A stretch of DNA of 64,000 nt from Clostridiales bacterium (lineage in GTDB: Bacteria > Bacillota > Clostridia > Oscillospirales > Acutalibacteraceae). A program made the translations under genes and the position numbers. The stretch is taken from NCBI GenBank assembly GCA_019422525.1, contig JAHZDE010000009.1:37150-101149 (forward strand), written 5' to 3'. The notes beneath the pieces are model-generated. The model was not told where the DNA came from, made no database searches, and worked only from the letters and a program-made list of their open reading frames with translations. This document shows positions 21,096 to 30,859 of the stretch, piece after piece. Positions within the stretch are counted from its first letter, which is position 1, and every line of letters begins with the position of its first letter.

Positions 21096-21887
21096 TCAAA
21101 GGGGCTTTTCGCGTCTTTTTAGTTCCGTGATTGCACCGTAGTGGGCAATGGTAAAGGATTCGGGTGCAATATTTGCCAGTAATTCCCGATGCTCCTTTTC
21201 CCAGGCAGCAACCTCCTGCTCTGAAAGAGATGCGCCAACTCCCCGGCAGGCTTTGATTCTTCCATTCCAGCTCTCTCTGGTAAAAGCAATCTCCAGTGGA
21301 TATTCCTCGTGGGATACAATTTCAAAATACTCATTGTATGGGGCAGGAATGGAAATGGGATGGACGGTTTCCCCTTTTCCGCCCCACTGCGGATTGTGTT
21401 GTAAGACCAGCTTTTCACTGGCCTGTGCAATAGGATCTTCAAAAGGCAGCCAGGACATATACAAAAACAATAAACGGCCACCCGGTTTCAGCATCCGATA
21501 AAATGCCTGGGCTGTCTGTTGGTGATTAAAATACCAGAAGCACTGACACGCTGTAATCACGTCAAAAGAGTGATCCGGAAATTCCAAATTTTCCGCTGAC
21601 AACGCCTGATATTCAATATCCATTCCTTCGGACAGGCGCTTTGCCTGAAAAATCTGGTTTTCCGAAATATCCGTACCTACCCATTTTGCACCGTATCGAT
21701 AAAGATTTCTGGGAAGGACGCCCGTACCGGTCCCTACATCAAGTACTGATTGACCATGCATACATAATCCACGTTGAAGAATTTTTTCATAAAACTCCTC
21801 CGGATAAATATCCCGAAATCTGGCATAATCTTCTGACGTTTTTCCCCAGTCAAAAGCTTTTCCGCCGTCAATTTGTGCGATACGCAT
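21096..21887 (-). CDS. Class I SAM-dependent methyltransferase
   Basis: Motif I VLDVGTGTGVL and post-I DISENQ. Confidence 0.8.
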   Translation of the reverse strand: MRIAQIDGGKAFDWGKTSEDYARFRDIYPEEFYEKILQRGLCMHGQSVLDVGTGTGVLPRNLYRYGAKWVGTDISENQIFQAKRLSEGMDIEYQALSAENLEFPDHSFDVITACQCFWYFNHQQTAQAFYRMLKPGGRLLFLYMSWLPFEDPIAQASEKLVLQHNPQWGGKGETVHPISIPAPYNEYFEIVSHEEYPLEIAFTRESWNGRIKACRGVGASLSEQEVAAWEKEHRELLANIAPESFTIAHYGAITELKRREKPL

Positions 21888-21978
21888 TTTATCCCCCCTA
21901 CTTCTCTCATTAGATTATTATTATAACATAAAACACCGGAAGCAAATAGTATGAAGCTAATTTTAAAGGGGGATTATT

Positions 21979-22470
21979 TTATTTCCCGCTTTCCGAAAGA
22001 ATCCCTTCCAATAGCTGCCGCCCTGTTTCGGTTTTGAAAAAGCGCCGGGCAAAGTCTGGAGAAACCGGTTCGCCTTCCAACAAGTTTACCAGCAAGTCGG
22101 CTTCCATGAGAATTTGCAGCAAGGAATCGATGTTTTCTTCATAGCAGTGGTGGCGAAGCACCATCGGCAGTACCTTTTCGGCTGCTTCCGGCGGATACCC
22201 CGCTTTCTGCAAAAATTCCGGCACCAGTTTCACCGCTTCCCGGCGCTGGTTTTCCTGACAGGCATCACCATATACTTCTTTACAGTAGCGAATGGGAATA
22301 TCGTGAAGGATGGCGGCAGCAAAAACGGTCTCCCGCGCCTCTTGTGATAAATTCTCTCCATCGGCAATCAATTCACACAGGCCCAACACCGACAAAATGT
22401 GACGGCTTCTCCGGCTATGGCCCTTTTCATATTGGAGAGCATTGTTCAATAATTGATAAACACGTTCCAT
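21979..22470 (-). CDS. HD-domain protein
   Basis: Shows H...HD (AAILHDIP) and later His residues (LRHH). 163 aa. Confidence 0.6.
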   Translation of the reverse strand: MERVYQLLNNALQYEKGHSRRSRHILSVLGLCELIADGENLSQEARETVFAAAILHDIPIRYCKEVYGDACQENQRREAVKLVPEFLQKAGYPPEAAEKVLPMVLRHHCYEENIDSLLQILMEADLLVNLLEGEPVSPDFARRFFKTETGRQLLEGILSESGK

Positions 22471-22554
22471 CTTTTAGATTCTCCCTTCTATAAATAAGAA
22501 AACTCCCGGATGAGCGGGAGCTTTCCAGATATTTTGTTTCATTGATTGGTTTTA

Positions 22555-23016
22555 TCATAACCTTGTAGGGAAGTCCGGCTGATTTTTTCTTCCCGGCGGG
22601 AAAATAATCGCCCAAGCCCCTATTGCCAGGAAAAATAATCCCCCCAGAAGGTTTACTACCAGTCCTTCTGGCTGCGGTGCGAGGATGTTGGTAGAAACCG
22701 ATGGAGTTTCCAGGTCATACTTGACTGTAAAAGTTTCCCCTATTTCCTGTTTCGTAACAGTCCCTTTAATTTTTCCGGTATATACAATTCCACTTACCGT
22801 ATACTCATAGGTAATATCATACACCAGCCTGCTGCTGTGATGCCGGCCGGAGCCGCTGGATTCCCGGCGCTGTTCTACCGAATCGACTACTGCATCGGTA
22901 ATAGGCCAATCTTTCTGTGACTGTTGTGCCTGATAATTAGCAAAAGCGAAATAGATGCAATAACAGCCCCATAGACAAAAGAGTACGCCGACCACAGCTA
23001 TGATTTTTCGTTTCAA
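22555..23016 (-). CDS. Membrane protein (DUF3592-like)
   Basis: N-terminal and C-terminal transmembrane helices flank a beta-rich segment (YDITYEYTVSGIVYTGKI). The family call is from memory. Confidence 0.5.
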   Translation of the reverse strand: MKRKIIAVVGVLFCLWGCYCIYFAFANYQAQQSQKDWPITDAVVDSVEQRRESSGSGRHHSSRLVYDITYEYTVSGIVYTGKIKGTVTKQEIGETFTVKYDLETPSVSTNILAPQPEGLVVNLLGGLFFLAIGAWAIIFPPGRKNQPDFPTRL

Positions 23017-23633
23017 GCTTCATCGCCTTCTTTTTGCTGGTATAAGCCTCTTTCTTTGATGTAGCGGGCAATTTCCAAAGGGACCAAACCATCAAGAGGT
23101 TGACCTTCTGCCACGGCTTTCCGCACCAACGTACTGGAGACAGGAAGATAACGGATATTGCAGAGAATACTTTCTGCACCGCGGGTATGCAAAAACTTTG
23201 CATGTTCCTGCAAGCGGGGAATTCCATCCAAACTTCTTGGCGCAGCACATAATACGGCCAACTGATAAATCTTTTCGGGATGATACCAGCTATCCACTGT
23301 CAGAAACATATCTTCCCCCATAAGCAGATACCACTGATTGCCGGGATATAGCTTATGCAGTTCTTCCAGTGTTTCAGCAGTATAGCTCTTTCCTTCCCTT
23401 CTGATTTCCAAATCGGAAACCTGAATTCTGCTGTCTCCCTCAGCAGCCAGACGGCACATGGCCAGACGGTCTTCGGGACTTGCCAGCTGATGGGCCTGTT
23501 TGTGGGGAGGCTGAAAGGTGGGCATCAATAGAATTTTATGCAGCCCCAACTGGTCAGCAAAATCTTTTACCAGATGGACATGAGCTTCATGAATAGGATT
23601 GAATGTCCCACCGTAAAGACCGATTTTTGCCAT
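23013..23633 (-). CDS. nadD: Nicotinate-nucleotide adenylyltransferase
   Basis: GLYGGTFNPIHEAH (the HxGH-type motif) and a C-terminal SSTLVR motif. Confidence 0.92.
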   Translation of the reverse strand: MAKIGLYGGTFNPIHEAHVHLVKDFADQLGLHKILLMPTFQPPHKQAHQLASPEDRLAMCRLAAEGDSRIQVSDLEIRREGKSYTAETLEELHKLYPGNQWYLLMGEDMFLTVDSWYHPEKIYQLAVLCAAPRSLDGIPRLQEHAKFLHTRGAESILCNIRYLPVSSTLVRKAVAEGQPLDGLVPLEIARYIKERGLYQQKEGDEA

Positions 23634-23648
23634 GGTACATCACCTGTT

Positions 23649-23957
23649 TCAGTCTTTGACCTTGGGCAGCACGATTTTGGGCTCTTTGGGATGACGGCGA
23701 TACAACACAAAACGAGTGCCGATGACCTGTACTACCTCGGAATCCGTCTCTTTTGCCAGTTCTTCCGCAGCTTCACGGGGAGAAAGTGGGGCAGTTTCCA
23801 GAGCACGGCCCTTAATCAATTCCCGAGCAGTCAGGGCGTCGTCAGCCTGCTTTACCAGTTCAGCACTCATACCCGATTTTCCCACCATAACGATGGTATC
23901 AATAGAGTTGGCGAGAGAACGCAGATAGGCTCTTTGTTTGCTTGTCAGCATATACAT
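23649..23957 (-). CDS. yhbY: RNA-binding CRM-domain protein YhbY
   Basis: LTSKQRAYLRSLANSIDTIVMVGKSG...ELIKGR. The start may instead be at 23951. Confidence 0.85.
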   Translation of the reverse strand: MYMLTSKQRAYLRSLANSIDTIVMVGKSGMSAELVKQADDALTARELIKGRALETAPLSPREAAEELAKETDSEVVQVIGTRFVLYRRHPKEPKIVLPKVKD

Positions 23958-23973
23958 ACTCCTTTATGACAGG

Positions 23974-24552
23974 TTATTTTTTTAGATATTCTTTTAGCAC
24001 GAGATTAAATTTTTCTAATGCTTTGCCGCGGTGACTGACAGCGTCTTTTTCGGCAGCGGTCATCTGAGCAAAGGTTTTTTCTCCACAGAGAAAGATAGGG
24101 TCATACCCAAATCCGTCTTCCCCGGCAGGGACAAACGCGATGCTTCCGGGACATTCCCCTTCGGCGCGAAGGATGTCCCCATTGGGGAATACACAGCAAA
24201 TTGCACTGACGAACCGGGCGCCGCGCTTTTCGGCCGGAACTTCCGACAGTTCACCCAACAGCTTTTCAATTCGCTGGGCATCGGTGGCACCTTCTCCGGC
24301 ATATCGGGCGGAATACACACCGGGGCGGCCATCCAGTGCATCTACCTCCAAACCGGAATCATCGGCAACAGCAGGAAGACCGGTTTCTTTGCAGGCGGCT
24401 TTTGCTTTTAGGCAGGCATTTTCAGCAAAGGTGGTGCCGGTTTCTTCCACTTCGGAGAGGTCGGCAGTAACCGCTTCAATGCCCAGTGGGGTGAGAATAC
24501 GCTGCAATTCCTGCAATTTATGTTTGTTATGGGTTGCAATGACAAATTTCAT
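23974..24552 (-). CDS. rdgB: XTP/dITP diphosphatase (RdgB/HAM1)
   Basis: MKFVIATHNKHKLQE...FGYDPIF...SHRGKAL. Confidence 0.92.
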   Translation of the reverse strand: MKFVIATHNKHKLQELQRILTPLGIEAVTADLSEVEETGTTFAENACLKAKAACKETGLPAVADDSGLEVDALDGRPGVYSARYAGEGATDAQRIEKLLGELSEVPAEKRGARFVSAICCVFPNGDILRAEGECPGSIAFVPAGEDGFGYDPIFLCGEKTFAQMTAAEKDAVSHRGKALEKFNLVLKEYLKK

Positions 24553-24570
24553 GGGAAACCTCCAAATCCA

Positions 24571-25488
24571 TCAGCGGTCGTCCCGCTCAAACAGGGCACG
24601 GGCAAAATCATCGGCATCAAAGGGCTGCAAATCGTCTACCTTCTCGCCCACACCAATAAATTTTACCGGCAAGCCCAACTCTTCCCGAATCGCCAGCACT
24701 ACGCCGCCCTTGGCGGTACCGTCCAGCTTGGTGAGCACAATACCGGTAATCCCGGCCGCTGCGCTGAATTCCCGCGCCTGGTTTACGCCGTTCTGACCGG
24801 TAGTGGCATCCAGTACCAGCAAGACTTCTTTATCACAGCCGGGAAGCTCCCGGTCGGTAATACGGTTGATTTTCGCCAGCTCGTCCATCAGGTTTTTCTT
24901 ATTGTGCAGCCGTCCTGCCGTATCGCAAATAATCACATCGCTGCCTCGGGCTTTTGCTGCTGCAATAGTATCAAACACCACAGCCGCTGGGTCGCTTCCC
25001 TCTGCATGCTTAATCATAGGTACGCCTGCCCGCTGACTCCAGATTTCCAGCTGCTCAATGGCTGCCGCACGGAAAGTGTCCGCTGCGCCCAGAATGACCT
25101 GCTTACCTTCCCCCTTCAGTCGGGAAGCCAGCTTGCCAATGGTAGTAGTTTTACCGGCACCGTTAACGCCGATTACCAGAATCATAGAGGGGCGGGTACC
25201 AATATTCAATTCTTCCCCGCCACGAATCATATCGGCTACCGTTTCCTGCAACAGTCCCATAATGGCATTAGGGTCTTTGATCCCCTCTTCCTTTACTCGG
25301 CGGCGCAAAGTATTGCAAATATGCCCAGCAGTGGTGACACCCACATCGCCCATGACCAGCAGCTCTTCCAATTCTTCAAACAGTTCTTCGTCAATTTTGG
25401 TAAAGGAACGCAGCATCCCGCTGATTTGTGAGCTAATGCTCTCGCGGGTTTTTTTCAGCCCTTCCTTGATTTTACTGAATAATCCCAT
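24571..25488 (-). CDS. ftsY: Signal recognition particle receptor FtsY
   Basis: MGLFSKIKEGLKKT start, GVNGAGKTTTIGKLA, DTAGR and TKLDG motifs. The ORF-track start at 25506 is an alternative. Confidence 0.93.
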   Translation of the reverse strand: MGLFSKIKEGLKKTRESISSQISGMLRSFTKIDEELFEELEELLVMGDVGVTTAGHICNTLRRRVKEEGIKDPNAIMGLLQETVADMIRGGEELNIGTRPSMILVIGVNGAGKTTTIGKLASRLKGEGKQVILGAADTFRAAAIEQLEIWSQRAGVPMIKHAEGSDPAAVVFDTIAAAKARGSDVIICDTAGRLHNKKNLMDELAKINRITDRELPGCDKEVLLVLDATTGQNGVNQAREFSAAAGITGIVLTKLDGTAKGGVVLAIREELGLPVKFIGVGEKVDDLQPFDADDFARALFERDDR

Positions 25489-25566
25489 TCCTATCACTCC
25501 ATTCATACATGGCGGCGGTTTGTTTTGTTATAGTATAGCACACTTCTGGGGTAAAATCAGCACAAT

Positions 25567-28500
25567 TTATATCGCACCCATCTTTTCGCCATCCTCTGTA
25601 TTGCGCAGCTCCAGCAGCTTGGAAACGCCCTGATCCTGCATGGTTACCCCATAGAGCACATCAGCTTCTTCCATAGTACCCCGACGGTGGGTAATGGCAA
25701 TAAACTGGGTGTTCCGATTCATACGCCGCAAATAACTTGCAAAACGAGTCACGTTTACATCATCCAGTGCAGCTTCAATCTCATCCAGCACGCAGAACGG
25801 CGGAGGGCTGACTTTCATAATGGCAAAGTAAATGGAAATGGCCACCAACGCCATTTCACCACCGGAAAGCGACTCAATGTGAGTGACGATTTTTCCCGGC
25901 GGCTGAACCGAAATCTCAATGCCGGAATGAAGCACGTCACTCTGGTCGGTCAGCGTCAGGGAAGCAGTTCCCCCGCCGAACAGTTCTTTAAAAATCCCGG
26001 TAAAATGTCGGCTGATTTCCTCAAACCGGGTTGTAAACAGCTCCTGCATATGGCGGGTCAAGTCGTGAATCAGCCGTACCAATTCTTCTTTGGAGTTTTC
26101 TACATCCGAAATTTGCTCCATCAAAAATTGGTACCGCTCGGATACTTCCTTATATTCCTCAATAGCCGATACATTAACGCTCCCCAGATTGCGGATTTTC
26201 AATTTGATTTCATTCAGACGTTTTTTTGCTTCTGCTTCGTCTTCAATGCAAATCCCGATTTTCTCCGCTTCCCGACGAGTCAGCTCATATTCATCCCACA
26301 GCCGGCCAATAATACTGTCGTATTCCTTTTGCAAGCTGTCTCGGTGCTCTTCCAAACGGGCCAACTCTCTGGTAAGATTTTCCCGCTGGTTGTTATAACC
26401 TCGCTCTTTGGCGCGTAGCTCACCAGAACGCTTTTCCAGCTCGTCCCGGCGTTTTCCGGCAAGCTCTGCCTTTTCTCGGGCACTTTGCGCCGCCTCCCGG
26501 CGGTCTTTCACCTGATTGCGACGGTCTTCTATTTTTTTCGAAAATTCCTGGATAGAAGCTTTTGACTTCTCAATTTGCCCCTGTAGTTCTGTCATTCTGC
26601 CTGCAAAGTCTTCTTTGCGGCGGCGTAATTCTTCCACGGTATTTTCCAGTGCTTCCCGGTCTTTTTTGGCAGACAAAGCCGCCATACGGATTTCCTGTAA
26701 GTGAGTGGTAACCTCTTCGCTGCGCCGGGACAAATCTTCCCGGTTGCCGGCAGCAGACTGGATTTGTTCCTGTAAATCGTTGATTTCCCCGGAAAGGCGC
26801 TCTTCCCTCTCCTTCGCTTCCTGAAGCTGCTGCCGGAGGGTTTGCAAACGGGTATCAGCTGTTTGCTGCTCTGCTTCCAGTTCTCCAATATGATGCTGAA
26901 CTGTGAGCAGTTCTGTCTCCATACGCTTTTTTTCGGCTTCAATTCGGAAACGCTCTTCCTGTGCAGCGGAAAGTTCCCCTTTTGAGGAAGAAAGTTCTCC
27001 TTCCGCAGCCGATACTTCCGCAGAAAGGGATTTCAGCCGCTCAGCCGAAGCCTGGGCTTTTTGCTCCATGGCAGCGGCTTTTTCTCGAATCCGTACAATT
27101 TCGGAAGCACGGCTTAAAAGGCCAGAATTTCTCGCCAGCGAACCGCCGGTCAGCGAGCCGCCTGCATTGACCACTTGACCGTCAAGTGTGACGATACGGA
27201 ATCGATAGCGGAACCGCCGTGCAATCGCTACAGCGCTGTCCAAATCTTCGGCTATTGCGATTCTACCCAGTACGGAATTGAGGACACCTTCGTATGCCTC
27301 CTCACAGCTGCACAGCGAAGCAGCCACACCGACAAACCCCGGACAATTTTCCAAAGAAGGCTCTTCCAGCAGATTTCCATGAATCGTGGAAAGAGGCAGA
27401 AAAGTAGCGCGGCCGGCATCTCGTTGTTGTAGCAGTCGGATGGCAGCTTTTGCATCCTGTTCCGTTCCCACCACAATATTCTGCATGGCAGCGCCCATAG
27501 CGGTTTCAATCGCTACTGCATACTGCTGGGGCACACGGAATAGCCGAGAAAGAGGCCCATGTATACCGGAAAGGTTCCCATGGCGCGCTTCTTTCATCAC
27601 TACTTTTACACTCTGGGCAAAGCCTTCCAGATTTCTTTCCAAATCTTCCAGTACTTTTGCCCGGCGCAGCTGTTCCTGAATATCCAAATGCAGCTGGTCA
27701 TTTGTCTTTTTTTGCTCTTCCGCTTTTTTACGACGGGATTCCACTCGCATTTCATATCCGCGCACAGCATTGCGCAAACTTTCCATTCGGGTATTGGCAG
27801 CCTGCAGCAGCTCTTGGGTTTCAAGAATTTCCTGCTGCACTTTGGCTTTTTGTTCCTGCCGGGCAGAAAGAGTTTGGTGAATAGATTCCTGTCTGGAAAG
27901 AATTTCCCGCAAAGTGGAGTCTGCACTGGTAGCCTGCACACGAGCTTCAGAAAGAGCCGTGTTTTTTTCGGCCAGCTGCACCGAAAGGCTGTCTACCTGT
28001 CTGGCAGCTTCATCGGCACTGCGGCGCAAATCTTCCAAGCTTCCGGCTGCCTGCTCAAATTCGGTTTCCCGTGCTTTTGCTTCCCGCTCCTTCACCTGCA
28101 TCTCGGTTTGGCGGGATGCAATTTCCCAATCCAAATCTTTTTGGGAGGAAACAGACCGCTCGATTTCTTCTTGAATCCGCCCGATATCCTGCTGGGCATG
28201 TTGAATATCGTTTTCCAAAACGGAAATGTCACCTTCCAGGCGGGCAGCGCTTTCTTCGTCAGAAGCCGCCTGATTGCGAAGCTCTTCCATCTGCACGGAA
28301 CAGATGTTAATCGCCGTATAGGTTTCTTCAATCCGGCCAGCCAGAGTATCCAGCTCACTGGTAATGTCTGCCTGCTGAGACTGCGCCAACGTGATTTTAT
28401 CTTCCTGTTCCCGAAGAACCTGACCGGAACGGTTCAGAGTTTCCAGCCATAAGCCAATTTCCAGCGTCTTTTTTTCCTGTGACATCGCGAGAAAACGCTC

Positions 28501-29136
28501 GGCCTTTTCAGCCTGCTCCCGAAGCGGGGCAATGCGGCTTTCCAGTTCTGAAACAATGTCCCGCAGCCGTAACAGGTTTTCTTCGGCTTTGTCCAGCCGC
28601 CGCTCGGCCTCTTCCTTGCGATAGCGGAAACGGGAAATCCCGGCGGCCTCTTCAAAAATCTCTCGACGGTCCTCTGAGCGTGCCGCCACAATGCTGTCGA
28701 TTTTTCCCTGCCCGATGATGGAATATCCATCGCGGCCAAGGCCAGTATCCATAAAAAGCTCGTGAATATCGCGCAGGCGCACAGCGGCTTTGTTAATTAG
28801 ATATTCGCTTTCACCGGAGCGATAATACCGGCGAGTGATAGCCACCGTATCTCCGTCAAAGTGGAGTTCCCGACCAGTGTTGTCTATGGTCAAGGTGACT
28901 TCTGCATATCCTACCGGCTTTCGCGACGGGGTTCCGCTAAAAATCACATCCTCCATTTTGGAGCAGCGTAGGGTTTTTACCGATTGCTCGCCCAGCACCC
29001 ACCGCATGGCGTCGCTGATATTACTTTTTCCGCTGCCGTTAGGGCCTACCACAGCCGTAATCCCCTCTTCAAAATGCAGCGTCGTTTTATCGGGAAAGGT
29101 TTTGAAACCCTGTAATTCCAATGACTTCAGCAGCAC
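25567..29136 (-). CDS. smc: Chromosome segregation protein SMC
   Basis: 1189 aa with N-terminal Walker A GPNGSGKSN, long coiled coils, a hinge, and C-terminal LSGGE plus Walker B LDEIEAALD. Confidence 0.97.
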   Translation of the reverse strand: MLLKSLELQGFKTFPDKTTLHFEEGITAVVGPNGSGKSNISDAMRWVLGEQSVKTLRCSKMEDVIFSGTPSRKPVGYAEVTLTIDNTGRELHFDGDTVAITRRYYRSGESEYLINKAAVRLRDIHELFMDTGLGRDGYSIIGQGKIDSIVAARSEDRREIFEEAAGISRFRYRKEEAERRLDKAEENLLRLRDIVSELESRIAPLREQAEKAERFLAMSQEKKTLEIGLWLETLNRSGQVLREQEDKITLAQSQQADITSELDTLAGRIEETYTAINICSVQMEELRNQAASDEESAARLEGDISVLENDIQHAQQDIGRIQEEIERSVSSQKDLDWEIASRQTEMQVKEREAKARETEFEQAAGSLEDLRRSADEAARQVDSLSVQLAEKNTALSEARVQATSADSTLREILSRQESIHQTLSARQEQKAKVQQEILETQELLQAANTRMESLRNAVRGYEMRVESRRKKAEEQKKTNDQLHLDIQEQLRRAKVLEDLERNLEGFAQSVKVVMKEARHGNLSGIHGPLSRLFRVPQQYAVAIETAMGAAMQNIVVGTEQDAKAAIRLLQQRDAGRATFLPLSTIHGNLLEEPSLENCPGFVGVAASLCSCEEAYEGVLNSVLGRIAIAEDLDSAVAIARRFRYRFRIVTLDGQVVNAGGSLTGGSLARNSGLLSRASEIVRIREKAAAMEQKAQASAERLKSLSAEVSAAEGELSSSKGELSAAQEERFRIEAEKKRMETELLTVQHHIGELEAEQQTADTRLQTLRQQLQEAKEREERLSGEINDLQEQIQSAAGNREDLSRRSEEVTTHLQEIRMAALSAKKDREALENTVEELRRRKEDFAGRMTELQGQIEKSKASIQEFSKKIEDRRNQVKDRREAAQSAREKAELAGKRRDELEKRSGELRAKERGYNNQRENLTRELARLEEHRDSLQKEYDSIIGRLWDEYELTRREAEKIGICIEDEAEAKKRLNEIKLKIRNLGSVNVSAIEEYKEVSERYQFLMEQISDVENSKEELVRLIHDLTRHMQELFTTRFEEISRHFTGIFKELFGGGTASLTLTDQSDVLHSGIEISVQPPGKIVTHIESLSGGEMALVAISIYFAIMKVSPPPFCVLDEIEAALDDVNVTRFASYLRRMNRNTQFIAITHRRGTMEEADVLYGVTMQDQGVSKLLELRNTEDGEKMGAI

Positions 29137-30167
29137 GGTTTTTCACCTTTTCCTTTCGTTGACAAAATGGAGTCTTGTATTTCGATCTGTCCTGGCAAAA
29201 CAGACGCATCCTGCATAAACCGGACTCGCCAGCCCCGCTTTTGCAGTTCCGTGAGATTGCCCCTTTTCTGCCCCAGCGCATTGGAGATGCTTTTGGGATG
29301 GACAGCCAGTATGATTTCATCTTCACAGTTTCGGCATTTTTCGCCCAGAAGAGATAAAATTTCCCGCAAAAAAATCCGGCTTTCGCAAAGCTGACGGAAA
29401 GCCGGATGATAGGGTCCGGCAAAAACCTGCTGCTGTAATTCCGGCGTATCATGCAGTCCTAACCGGATAACGGGAATCTTATTTTTTTGAAAAATCAGCA
29501 GTAAATCACTGCAAAGCTCAACAGCTTTACACAAAGTTTGTGGTTGATAGCTGCCTTCTTGATACCACTGGGCCAAACGAGTACCCGGCAGCACCAAAGT
29601 GGGATAAATCCGCACAAAATCTGGGTTTATTGCTGTAAAGGTATTAGCCGTTACAGTGTCGATGGCATCATTTGAACCGGGTAGACCGGTCATCATTTGC
29701 AGCCCTAACGTAAAGTTATATTCCTTTACAAGATGTGAAGCATTTTTCACATCCTGCACAGTATGCCCGCGACCGTTTTGCAGCAATACCCCATCATCCA
29801 TACACTGTGCTCCAAGCTCAATGGTAGTAAATCCATGCTCTTTTAAAAGTTCCAGCCGCTCTTCATCAATGGCATCCGGACGGGTGGAGCAGCGCACCCC
29901 AGAAAATCCCAGCTCCTCCCGGGCACGCTTGGCAACCGCCAGCAGAGAACAAAAATACTCTCGGTCAACAGCGGTAAAGCTGCCGCCGAAAAAGGCCAGC
30001 TCACACTGGGAAACGTCCTGTATTTTCGCAGCTTTTTTTGCAAGCTCCCACACTTCCTCCGGCGTGGGCTGTTTTTGCTGTCCGGTAATCTGCCGCTGGT
30101 CGCAAAAACTGCACTGATGAGGACAGCCATTGTGAGGTACAAAAATCGCTACATTTCCCCGGCTCAA
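29127..30167 (-). CDS. Radical SAM protein (ELP3-like N-terminal fold)
   Basis: CPHQCSFCDQ CxxxCxxC motif. The TTG start overlaps the rnc stop (TTGA). It occupies the conserved position between rnc and smc. Confidence 0.8.
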   Translation of the reverse strand: MSRGNVAIFVPHNGCPHQCSFCDQRQITGQQKQPTPEEVWELAKKAAKIQDVSQCELAFFGGSFTAVDREYFCSLLAVAKRAREELGFSGVRCSTRPDAIDEERLELLKEHGFTTIELGAQCMDDGVLLQNGRGHTVQDVKNASHLVKEYNFTLGLQMMTGLPGSNDAIDTVTANTFTAINPDFVRIYPTLVLPGTRLAQWYQEGSYQPQTLCKAVELCSDLLLIFQKNKIPVIRLGLHDTPELQQQVFAGPYHPAFRQLCESRIFLREILSLLGEKCRNCEDEIILAVHPKSISNALGQKRGNLTELQKRGWRVRFMQDASVLPGQIEIQDSILSTKGKGEKPCC

Positions 30168-30859
30168 TAGCCCATCAGCTCCAAGGCTTCCCGGGCTGCC
30201 TGCTGCTCGGCTTCCTTCTTGCTGCGTCCGCCGCCCTTACCGATTACATTGCTGTTCAAATGGACTTCCACGGTAAAATGCTTGTTGTGGTCGGGGCCGC
30301 TCTCGCCGGTAAGTACGTATTCCAGCCGCTCCTCTGGGTTCTGCTGGATGATTTCCTGCAAGGCAGTTTTGAAATCCCGGAACGCTTTCGGCCGGGCACT
30401 TTTCAGCGCAGGCAGTACATATTTCAAAATGAATTTTCTCGCTTCCTCCATGCCCTGCTCTTCCCCAGCATCCATATAGACTGCTGCAATAATCGCTTCA
30501 AAGGCATCGGCCAGAATACTGGGACGAGTTCTTCCACCGGAATTCTGCTCGCCGTGGCTCAGGCGCAGATATTCGCCCACACCCATCTGTTTGGAATAGT
30601 TGCACAATGCCTTTTCACACACCAGTGAAGATCGGATTTTGGTCAAATCACCTTCTGGTAAATCGGGGCGATGTTTAAACAGATAATCGGCAACTACCAC
30701 ACCCAGCACAGAATCTCCTAAAAATTCCAGCCGCTCGTTGCATTTACAGCCGTCCTTATGCTCATTAGCATAGGAAGAATGTGTGAGCGCAGTCATGATA
30801 TAAAGGGGATCTTTAAAATGATAGCCTATTTTTTCTTCCAATTCCTGAAGATTCTTCAT
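30164..30859 (-). CDS. rnc: Ribonuclease III
   Basis: RLEFLGDSVL signature and a C-terminal dsRBD (GGGRSKKEAEQQAA). Confidence 0.95.
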   Translation of the reverse strand: MKNLQELEEKIGYHFKDPLYIMTALTHSSYANEHKDGCKCNERLEFLGDSVLGVVVADYLFKHRPDLPEGDLTKIRSSLVCEKALCNYSKQMGVGEYLRLSHGEQNSGGRTRPSILADAFEAIIAAVYMDAGEEQGMEEARKFILKYVLPALKSARPKAFRDFKTALQEIIQQNPEERLEYVLTGESGPDHNKHFTVEVHLNSNVIGKGGGRSKKEAEQQAAREALELMGY

